Below, in pieces: positions 19,018-26,516 of a stretch of 32,000 bases of DNA. Each line of letters starts with the position of its first letter. Position 1 is the stretch's first letter. The translations under genes were made by a program, and so were the position numbers. Source of the stretch: Mycolicibacterium smegmatis (lineage in GTDB: Bacteria > Actinomycetota > Actinomycetes > Mycobacteriales > Mycobacteriaceae); assembly GCF_001457595.1 (NCBI RefSeq), contig NZ_LN831039.1, positions 480,001 through 512,000 on the forward strand, read 5' to 3'. The notes under the pieces are model-generated. The model had not been told where the DNA came from. It was given only the letters and a program-made list of their open reading frames with translations, and did no database searches.

Positions 19018-19039
19018 ATTGAATCGCATGCGATTCAAT
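19018..19039. promoter_or_regulatory. Candidate OhrR operator 2: perfect 22-bp palindrome ATTGAATCGCATGCGATTCAAT
   Basis: Read directly. It ends 18 nt upstream of the ohrR ATG and shares the CCGATT.AATCG core with operator 1. Confidence 0.55.
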
Positions 19040-19056
19040 TTCGGTACACTCGGTTC

Positions 19057-19500
19057 ATGACCCCCGCGCGTCTGAACCTGGCCGACTTCCTGTGCTTCTC
19101 GATCTACTCGGCCAACCTCGCGTTCGGAAAGGCCTACAAGCCGCTGCTGGACCAGCGCGGCATCACCTACACGCAGTACATCGCGATCGTGGCGTTGTAC
19201 GACCAGGATCATCAGACCGTGAGCAGCCTGGGTGAGAAGCTGTTCCTGGAGTCCAACACCCTGACCCCGATCCTCAAGAAGCTCGAGTCGCTGGGATACG
19301 TGACCAGGCGTCGGGATCCCGACGACGAGCGTCAGGTCGTCGTCAGCCTGACCGAGGCCGGCCGTGCACTGCGTGAACAGTCGTTCGAGTTGGAGCTCGC
19401 GTCGGCCACCGGCTTGACCGTCGACGAGATGCGGATCATGCAGAAGGGCATCGCGAAGCTACGTGACAACCTGCGTGAGCACGTCCGCGCCACTCGCTGA
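19057..19500 (+). CDS. ohrR: MarR-family organic-hydroperoxide-sensing repressor OhrR
   Basis: 147 aa with an N-terminal sensing Cys context (LADFLCFSIYSA) and a MarR wHTH. Divergent from ohr. Confidence 0.9.
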   Translation: MTPARLNLADFLCFSIYSANLAFGKAYKPLLDQRGITYTQYIAIVALYDQDHQTVSSLGEKLFLESNTLTPILKKLESLGYVTRRRDPDDERQVVVSLTEAGRALREQSFELELASATGLTVDEMRIMQKGIAKLRDNLREHVRATR

Positions 19501-19511
19501 CCGGATGTTGC

Positions 19512-21509
19512 TCAGTGGGGGACCGCCACGCTGCGTAGCAGCTCGGGTGTGAGTTTCGGGACCGCCTCGGGCACCACGAGTACCGGTGTGGTGGCGTGCG
19601 CGACAACTGCAGCGGCAACACTGCCCTGTAGATGCCCGAGGAAACCGTTGCGCCGGTGCGGACCGATCACGATCATGCTCGCGCCGTGCTTCTCGGCGGT
19701 GTCGACGATGCCCTGCCACGTCGGTGCGGCCTCGACCGCGACACTGCACGCGGTGAACCCGGCGGCCTCGGCGAGTTCCGCACCGCGGGCGGCGGTCCGC
19801 TCGGCCGCGCGCCGCACCTCGCTCGCCTGGTCGGCGTCGAAGGGTTCGGTCCCGGCGGGGGTGAATCCGACGTCGGCGGGTTGCCACACGCAGACGACGA
19901 GTGCGTCGCGCTCTCCTGCCAACCGGCCGGCGGCGAAGTCGATGGCGTTCGCCGCGCGCTCGGACCCGTCGTAGGCGATCAACACCGGCCCGGTCATCGC
20001 GGGCAGGACGCGGGCCGCGGGACGCGAAGGCGTGACGGCCGGGACCTGCGGAGCGGGCAGACCCGGGCGCAGCCGCGCGAGCAGCGGCGGCGAATACCAG
20101 GCCGGATCGTCCCCGTCGAGGAAGCGGTCGATGTCAGGTGCCTGTGGTCGCGCACCGCTGAGCAGGTAGACCACCACACCGAAGAGCGCGCCGCCGATCG
20201 CCAGGCCGAGGCTGATCCACAGCGCATCGCCGGTTCCCTGCACCAGGCCACCGGTGGCCGTGAGCGCGAAATGCGCGAAGATCGGCGCCACCATGAACGC
20301 CGCGACGGCACGCAGCAGTTCGATGATCGCGAAGACGCGCTGCAAACTGTTGGACTGCAACGAGAAACCCGCCACGAACAACGCCGGGGCGACGGTGGCG
20401 CCGAGGGCCAGACCGGTCAGGGCCGAACCGACCAGCGCCAGCGGCTGATTCGCGGGTAGTGCGAATCGGAACGCCACGACCCCGGCGGCGAGCAGCGCCA
20501 TCCCGACGAGGGGGAGGTAGTGCATCGCGCGGCGGCTGATGACGTGTCCGAACACGAACGCCATGACCACCGCGCCGCCGAGTTCGGGCAGATACAGCAG
20601 CCCGACGTGTACCGGGTTGAAGCTCTCGAGGAAGACCTCGGCGGTCAACGCGGTCGCAGCAACCGAGGCCGCCGCCGCGAACAGCGCCACCCCGACGCCG
20701 GCAACCGGGATGGAACTCGTGAGCATCGTCCGGATCGTGAGCAACGGCCGCGGTGCGCGGAACTGGTAGACGATCAGGGTCACGATCAGCAGCAGGCCGC
20801 CCAGCATCGGCACGGTGACCGCCGCGTCGTCGAATCCGTGGCTGGTGAGCTGTGCGGCACCGATGAACGCCGCCGCGCACCCCACCGCTGCCAGCGCGAT
20901 GGCCTTGATGTCACGTGGCGCGGTGCGGTCTGCCGGCGGCGCATCCTCGAACGTCAACAGCGCCATGACCAGGGCCGCCAGCGCGATGGCGGCGATAATC
21001 CAGAACAGTGGGCGCCAGGCGTGCGCCTCGGCCTGCGTACCACCGACGAACGGGCCGAGGGCGACCGCCCCGAACACGCACATGTTCATGATCACTGCTG
21101 TGTGGCGCAGCTTTTCGCGTGGGAAGCCGATGGTCAACGGTGGTGCGGCGGCGATCAGCAGCATGCTGGTCGACAAACCCTGGAGCACATGGCCGATGAT
21201 GAACACCGTGCCGTTCGGTGCCGAAGCGGCCACCGCCGAGCCGATGACGAGCAGTACGGCGTACGCGATCATCATGCGCCGCTGGGGGAGATGCTGCGCG
21301 AACTGCACGGCCAGTACGGTCCCCACTGCGTAGGCCGCGTTGCCCAAACCCGAGCCCAGGCTCATCTCCTGGGGCGTCATGTGCAGTTGTTCACAGATGA
21401 TCGGAACCAGCGGGTCGATCGCCGCGGACAGTGCCAGGTAGGGGATCAGGGCCAAGGTCACCATCGTGGCGACTGCGGGGTACCTTCCGGCGAGGGGGCC
21501 TTGGCGCAT
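19512..21509 (-). CDS. 14-TM MFS (DHA2-like) transporter fused to a C-terminal universal stress protein (USP) domain
   Basis: 665 aa. I count ~14 hydrophobic segments in residues 1-470, then a Pro-rich linker. A ~150-aa USP-like domain follows (VLIAYDGSERAANAIDFA ... ASMIVIGPHRRNGFLGHLQGSVAAAVVAHATTPVLVVP). Confidence 0.85.
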   Translation of the reverse strand: MRQGPLAGRYPAVATMVTLALIPYLALSAAIDPLVPIICEQLHMTPQEMSLGSGLGNAAYAVGTVLAVQFAQHLPQRRMMIAYAVLLVIGSAVAASAPNGTVFIIGHVLQGLSTSMLLIAAAPPLTIGFPREKLRHTAVIMNMCVFGAVALGPFVGGTQAEAHAWRPLFWIIAAIALAALVMALLTFEDAPPADRTAPRDIKAIALAAVGCAAAFIGAAQLTSHGFDDAAVTVPMLGGLLLIVTLIVYQFRAPRPLLTIRTMLTSSIPVAGVGVALFAAAASVAATALTAEVFLESFNPVHVGLLYLPELGGAVVMAFVFGHVISRRAMHYLPLVGMALLAAGVVAFRFALPANQPLALVGSALTGLALGATVAPALFVAGFSLQSNSLQRVFAIIELLRAVAAFMVAPIFAHFALTATGGLVQGTGDALWISLGLAIGGALFGVVVYLLSGARPQAPDIDRFLDGDDPAWYSPPLLARLRPGLPAPQVPAVTPSRPAARVLPAMTGPVLIAYDGSERAANAIDFAAGRLAGERDALVVCVWQPADVGFTPAGTEPFDADQASEVRRAAERTAARGAELAEAAGFTACSVAVEAAPTWQGIVDTAEKHGASMIVIGPHRRNGFLGHLQGSVAAAVVAHATTPVLVVPEAVPKLTPELLRSVAVPH

Positions 21510-21843
21510 ATCAGAAGCGCCCTGATGTCGGGTTCAGTTCACGCACTGGCGGTGAAACGACGTGCGGTGATTGCTCTATTCCATCTGTGGGTGGTGTCAC
21601 GACCGTTTGCGCAGCGGAAACATCTGTGCCTGCGTAATGACATCACTCGCAACAACTTTCAGGGAACTCACAGCAGATGTGCAGGGGACGGACAGTCCGG
21701 TGCGATGCTCCGTCGCCGACTTGGATGGCGGCGATGGTGAAATCGTCGGCAGCCGTGGCGTTTCGGTGAACTCTCGGCAGTCGACTCCCGGTGAGGGTGA
21801 CACAACTCCGCCCTGCTGGGAGGGTCCGCCTGCCACCTGTGAT

Positions 21844-22092
21844 CTACGGAGATGTGTTCGGGGTCGGGCTCTGCGACGATTCCCATTTGGACTCCATGGT
21901 CCGCGTGACGGGCGTGCCTGCCGCGAACTCCCGCTGGAACGTCTCGCCGTCGTCGCCTTCGAAGGTGACCAGTAGGCCCGATCCGGTGTCCTCCTTGTGG
22001 ACCACCTTGCAGGTGGGTTCCCCGGTGCCGAGGGTCACCACGTCACCGGGGGCCACCTCGTCGATGCGCGCGACGGCACTGTTGTCAGACAT
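21844..22092 (-). CDS. Small acidic hypothetical protein (82 aa)
   Basis: High GC3 throughout. AGGA SD 3 nt (ACC) upstream of ATG 22092. Lies 39 nt downstream of the gntP stop on the same strand. I recognise no domain. Confidence 0.6.
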   Translation of the reverse strand: MSDNSAVARIDEVAPGDVVTLGTGEPTCKVVHKEDTGSGLLVTFEGDDGETFQREFAAGTPVTRTMESKWESSQSPTPNTSP

Positions 22093-22131
22093 GGTCCTGT
22101 CGATAGCCGCTTTACGCGCTCACCAAACCGG

Positions 22132-23577
22132 TCAGCCCATGGCCCACAGGCCGAGGCTGATCACGAACGCCGTCAGTCCCAGCGTCGTCTCCAGCAGCGT
22201 CCAGGTCTTGAGCGTGGTCTTGACGTCCATGCCGAAGAACCGGCTGACCAACCAGAAGCCGGAGTCGTTGACGTGCGAGAGCACCGTGGCGCCCGCGGCG
22301 ATCGCCATCACCAGCGCGGTCAGTTGCAGGCTGCTCAGTCCCGCGGCGGCGACGGCCGCGCTGAGTAGACCCGCGGTGGTGGTCAATGCGACCGTCGCCG
22401 AACCCTGCGCGACGCGCAGCAGTGTGGAGATGAGGAAGGCCTGCAGGATCAGCGAGATCCCGAGGTCGGACAGCGAACCGCTCAGGGCGTCTCCGATGCC
22501 GCTGGTGCGCAGCACGCCACCGAACATGCCGCCCGCACCGGTGATCAGGATGATCGCGCAGATCGGGCCGAGGGCGTTGTCGAGGATGTCGGTGACGGTG
22601 GCCATCGACCTGCCGCGCAATCCGAGTACCAGGGTGGCGACGATCACGGTGATCAGCAGGGCGATCGAGGTGGTGCCGATCAGTTTGAGGTACTCCGCCC
22701 ACGTGGCCTCTTCGGGAATCACCCCTGCGGTCTGCAGGGTGGCGACCACCGTGTTGCACGAGATCAGTACGAAGGGCAGCAGCAGCACACCCAGGACGGT
22801 CAGGAACGACGGTGTGGTCCGGGTGGCGGTCTTCGAGGACCCTGTGGCGCCGGCCCCGTCGGCGTCGGCCTCGGTGCCGGTGGCGTCGGAATCGCGGCCG
22901 CCGTTGATCTCACCGAACAGTGACGTGGGAATGTCGACGTGAACCCGCCTGCCGATCACCTGGGACACGAGGAACGCGCCGACATACCACGACACCAACG
23001 CCACGGGGACGCCGACGATCAGGGTGAGACCGATGTTGGCGCCGAGCAGTTCGGCCGCCGCAACCGGACCGGGATGCGGCGGGACCAGGGCGTGCATGGC
23101 CGCGAACGCGCCGGCTGCGGGGAATGCGTACAGCAGCAGCGATCCGCCGAACCTGCGGGCCACCGTCATGATGATCGGCAGGAAGACGACCAGACCGGCG
23201 TCGAAGAAAATCGGGAAACCGAACAGCAACGCGGCCACGCCGAGCGCGAGAGGGGCCCGCTTCTCGCCGAACCGGCCGATGAGCGTGTCGGCGAGAACCT
23301 GTGCACCCCCGGTGGTTTCGAGAAGACGCCCGATCATGACACCGAAACCGACGAGCAGGGCCACGGAGCCGAGCGTGCTGGAGAACCCGGATGACAGGGC
23401 GCTTGGCACATCGGCCACGGGGATACCGGCGGCCAGTGCGGTCAACAGGCTCACCAGTACCAGGGCGACGAACGCGTGCAGCTTCACCTTGATGATGAGG
23501 AACAGCAGGACCGCCACCGCGGCTGCCGCGATCAGCAGAAGGGTGGTGGTGCCGTATGCCGGATCAATGGCGTCCAC
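22132..23577 (-). CDS. gntP: GntP-family gluconate:H+ permease
   Basis: 481 aa with GntP-type sequence (TLLLIAAAAVAVLLFLIIKVKLHAFVALV..., FFDAGLVVFLPI). GTG start preceded by GAGGGGG. Confidence 0.92.
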   Translation of the reverse strand: MDAIDPAYGTTTLLLIAAAAVAVLLFLIIKVKLHAFVALVLVSLLTALAAGIPVADVPSALSSGFSSTLGSVALLVGFGVMIGRLLETTGGAQVLADTLIGRFGEKRAPLALGVAALLFGFPIFFDAGLVVFLPIIMTVARRFGGSLLLYAFPAAGAFAAMHALVPPHPGPVAAAELLGANIGLTLIVGVPVALVSWYVGAFLVSQVIGRRVHVDIPTSLFGEINGGRDSDATGTEADADGAGATGSSKTATRTTPSFLTVLGVLLLPFVLISCNTVVATLQTAGVIPEEATWAEYLKLIGTTSIALLITVIVATLVLGLRGRSMATVTDILDNALGPICAIILITGAGGMFGGVLRTSGIGDALSGSLSDLGISLILQAFLISTLLRVAQGSATVALTTTAGLLSAAVAAAGLSSLQLTALVMAIAAGATVLSHVNDSGFWLVSRFFGMDVKTTLKTWTLLETTLGLTAFVISLGLWAMG

Positions 23578-23613
23578 GACGCCCCCTCAACACAGCGAAA
23601 TCCATGGGTCGGC

Positions 23614-24126
23614 TCACCGGTCCTCCTCTGGTGTGTGGGATTGTGTTGCGCTGACGTAGCTTTCGATGATGTCGTCGATGGACTGGTCGACATCGATCGC
23701 GACACCGCACTCATCGGGCGCCAGGGGCTCGAGGGTTTTGAACTGTGATTCCAGCAGCGACGCGGGCATGAAATGGCCCGGCCTGCTCGCCTGCCTCCTG
23801 CCGATGGTCTCCATCGACCCCTCCAGATGCAGGAACTCGATGTCGGGGCAGTGCTGCCGCAGTTGGTCGCGGTAGGTGCGTTTGAGGGCCGAGCAGCTCA
23901 TCACGCCGCCGGCGGGATGTTCGGCCAGCCACTTACCGATGGCCTCGAGCCAGGGGTAGCGGTCGTCGTCGTCGAGGGCGTGACCTGCGGACATCTTCTC
24001 GATGTTGGCCGGTGGGTGGAAGTCGTCGGCGTCGGCGAAGGGCACGCGCAACCGCTGGGCCAGCGCCGCGCCCACGGTTGATTTCCCGGAGCCGGAGACT
24101 CCCATGACGACGATCGGTGTAGCCAT
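23614..24126 (-). CDS. gntK: Gluconokinase (thermoresistant GntK-type)
   Basis: 170 aa with P-loop GVSGSGKST and FADADDFHPPANIEKM, typical of gluconate kinase. Confidence 0.92.
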   Translation of the reverse strand: MATPIVVMGVSGSGKSTVGAALAQRLRVPFADADDFHPPANIEKMSAGHALDDDDRYPWLEAIGKWLAEHPAGGVMSCSALKRTYRDQLRQHCPDIEFLHLEGSMETIGRRQASRPGHFMPASLLESQFKTLEPLAPDECGVAIDVDQSIDDIIESYVSATQSHTPEEDR

Positions 24127-24171
24127 ATCTCTTCTGCCTGGTCGATGTGGGTGACGTCACATAGCGTGCCT

Positions 24172-24188
24172 CAATCGTCATACGATTG
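24172..24188. promoter_or_regulatory. Candidate GntR operator CAATCGT-CAT-ACGATTG
   Basis: Perfect 7-bp arms with a 3-bp spacer. It contains the FadR-subfamily-like t.GT-N3-AC.a core, in the 122-bp gntK/gntR divergent region. Confidence 0.5.
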
Positions 24189-24251
24189 CAATAGCCGACT
24201 TTTAATGAGTAGCTCTTTTCAGCGCTGAAGCGTCTCTGGCATCATCAATTG

Positions 24252-24986
24252 ATGCTCGATCGTCCGATTGCTGGTGAACTCCACGGCAGCCTCGTTGCCG
24301 CGCTGGGAACCGGGATCGTCTCGGGCCGTTACCAGCCCGGACATGTGCTCAACCTGGAGGGGATCAGCGCCGAGCACGGCGTGTCCCGCAGCGTTGCGCG
24401 TGAGGCGGTGCGTGTCCTGGAGTCCATGGGGATGGTCGAGTCGCGCCGCCGGGTGGGCATCACCGTGCAGGGTCCCGAGAAGTGGAACGTCTTCGACCCG
24501 GTGCTGATCCGCTGGCGGCTGCAAGCCGGTGACCGCACGGCGCAACTGGTGTCGCTGTCGGAACTACGACTGGGTTTCGAACCGGCCGCGGCCGCGCTGG
24601 CCGCGCGGCGGGCGAGCCCGCACCAGTGCCGCGTCCTGGCAACCGCGGTGTCCGACATGGTGATGCACGGACGCAACGGCGACCTCGCGGCGTATCTGGC
24701 GGCAGACAAGCTCTTTCACCAGACCATGCTGGAGGCGAGCGGCAACGAGATGTTCCGGGCGCTCAACGGCGCGGTTGCCGAGGTGCTCGCCGGTCGCACC
24801 CATCACGGCCTGATGCCGGAGAAACCGAACATCGACGCGATCGCCCTGCACGACGAGGTCGCCCGCGCCATCAGGATGGGCGAGGCCGATCAGGCCGAGC
24901 GGGCCATGCGCGCGATCATCGGCGAGTCGGTCTCGGCCATCGTCGAGGTCGGACCCCCGGGTGCAGGGACCGCCGCGCAGGCATGA
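24252..24986 (+). CDS. gntR: GntR-family (FadR/FCD subfamily) transcriptional regulator
   Basis: ~244 aa with an N-terminal wHTH (EGISAEHGVSRSVAREAVRVLESMGMVESRRRVG) and a C-terminal FCD-like helical domain. ATG 24252; the track starts at TTG 24249. Confidence 0.9.
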   Translation: MLDRPIAGELHGSLVAALGTGIVSGRYQPGHVLNLEGISAEHGVSRSVAREAVRVLESMGMVESRRRVGITVQGPEKWNVFDPVLIRWRLQAGDRTAQLVSLSELRLGFEPAAAALAARRASPHQCRVLATAVSDMVMHGRNGDLAAYLAADKLFHQTMLEASGNEMFRALNGAVAEVLAGRTHHGLMPEKPNIDAIALHDEVARAIRMGEADQAERAMRAIIGESVSAIVEVGPPGAGTAAQA

Positions 24987-25057
24987 GGGGCCCCACGCGC
25001 ATGCGACGATCGGCATAATCACCCCGAAATCGTCCTCGCTGAGGAAGGGTGGGCCCC

Positions 25058-26485
25058 ATGCGCGAATATCTCAAGTTCTACATCGACGGCCGCTGGGTGG
25101 ATCCGGCCGAGCCGCGGACCCTCGACGTCGACAACCCGACCACCGAGCAGGTCGCCGGGCGCATCGCGATCGGCGCGGCGGCAGATGTCGACGCCGCGGT
25201 CGAAGCGGCCCGCAAGGCGTTCACCACGTGGTCGCAGACCTCCCGCGACGAGCGCCTCGCGGTCCTGGGCGCGATCCTCGACGAGTACCAGAAGCGCGCG
25301 TCCGACCTCGCCGACGCGGTCAGTGAAGAGATGGGTGCGCCGGCATCGCTGGCCGCGGGTCCGCAGGTCAGGATGGGCCTGGGGCACCTCACCACGTCGA
25401 TCGAGGCGCTCAAGAAGTTCCAGTTCGAGGAGCAGTACGGCAGCACCCTGGTGGTCAAGGAGCCGATCGGTGTCTGCGGTCTCATCACGCCGTGGAACTG
25501 GCCCATCAACCAGATCGCGTGCAAGGTGTTCCCCGCGTTGGCCACCGGCTGCACCATGGTGCTCAAGCCGTCCGAGGTGGCCCCGTTCTCGGCGCAGATC
25601 TTCACCGAGATCGTCGACGCCGCAGGCGTTCCCGCCGGCGTGTACAACCTCGTGTACGGCGACGGTCCCGGCGTGGGCTCCGAGCTGTCGAGCCACCCCG
25701 ACATCGACATGGTGTCGTTCACCGGGTCCACCCGCGCGGGCATCGACGTGGCGAGGAACGCCGCGCCCACCGTCAAGCGCGTGACGCAGGAATTGGGCGG
25801 AAAGAGCCCCAACATCGTGCTGGACGACGCCGACTTCGCCAAGAGCGTGGCGGCAGGCGTATCGGCGATGATGACGAACAGCGGGCAGAGCTGCAACGCT
25901 CCTTCGCGCATGCTGGTGCCGAATTCCCGTATGGACGAGGCGATCACGATCGCTCGCGGGACCGTCGCAGCGGTGAAGGTCGGCGATCCGTCCGACAAGA
26001 AAGCGATCGGTCCGGTCGCGTCGAAGGCCCAGTTCGACAAGATCCAGGGGCTCATCCAGAGGGGCATCGACGAGGGCGCGACGCTCGTCGTCGGCGGCAC
26101 CGGGCGCCCCGACGGCCTCGACACGGGCTACTACGTCAAGCCGACGGTGTTCGCCGACGTCACCAACGACATGACGATCGCGCGGGAGGAGATCTTCGGC
26201 CCCGTGCTGTGCATCCTCGGCTACGAGGATCTGGACCAGGCCGTCGAGATCGCCAACGACACCGAATACGGCCTGGCCGGCTACGTCTCAGGCGCGGACC
26301 TCGAAACCGCGCGTGCCGTGGCCCGCCGCATCCGTGCTGGATCGGTCGCGATCAACCACGGATTCGATCTCAGCGCCCCGTTCGGCGGGTACAAGCGCAG
26401 CGGCAACGGACGCGAGTGGGGCCACTTCGGTTTCGACGAGTACCTCGAGACCAAGGCCGCGATGGGCTACGCGCCGCCACAGTAG
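25058..26485 (+). CDS. NAD(P)+-dependent aldehyde dehydrogenase
   Basis: 475 aa from ATG 25058 (GAGGAAGG SD 10 nt upstream). Catalytic motifs ELGGKSP and NSGQSCNAPSR (catalytic Cys), plus EEIFGPV. Confidence 0.92.
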   Translation: MREYLKFYIDGRWVDPAEPRTLDVDNPTTEQVAGRIAIGAAADVDAAVEAARKAFTTWSQTSRDERLAVLGAILDEYQKRASDLADAVSEEMGAPASLAAGPQVRMGLGHLTTSIEALKKFQFEEQYGSTLVVKEPIGVCGLITPWNWPINQIACKVFPALATGCTMVLKPSEVAPFSAQIFTEIVDAAGVPAGVYNLVYGDGPGVGSELSSHPDIDMVSFTGSTRAGIDVARNAAPTVKRVTQELGGKSPNIVLDDADFAKSVAAGVSAMMTNSGQSCNAPSRMLVPNSRMDEAITIARGTVAAVKVGDPSDKKAIGPVASKAQFDKIQGLIQRGIDEGATLVVGGTGRPDGLDTGYYVKPTVFADVTNDMTIAREEIFGPVLCILGYEDLDQAVEIANDTEYGLAGYVSGADLETARAVARRIRAGSVAINHGFDLSAPFGGYKRSGNGREWGHFGFDEYLETKAAMGYAPPQ

Positions 26486-26516
26486 GCGCAGTAGACGAAT
26501 CGGGCGAACGTGGCAC

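Noticed and set aside
21571-21975. 134-aa plus-strand ORF and 79-aa minus-strand ORF (21597-21836) in the MFS-USP upstream region
   Set aside because: GC3 is clearly weaker than in neighbouring genes, there is no SD and no recognisable domain. The plus-strand ORF also overlaps the better-supported 82-aa minus-strand gene.
24151-24160. GTGACGTCAC palindrome considered as a CRP/cAMP-receptor site
   Set aside because: Mycobacterial CRP sites are TGTGA-N6-TCACA. This is a 10-bp CRE-like palindrome without the 6-bp spacer, so it is not called as a CRP site and is only mentioned within the gnt finding.
24984-25068. Near-repeat GGGCCCCACGCGCATGCGA / GGGCCCCATGCGCGA flanking the gntR stop and the aldehyde dehydrogenase start
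   Set aside because: It is short and GC-rich, so it could arise by chance in this composition. No extended duplication or mobile-element signature surrounds it.
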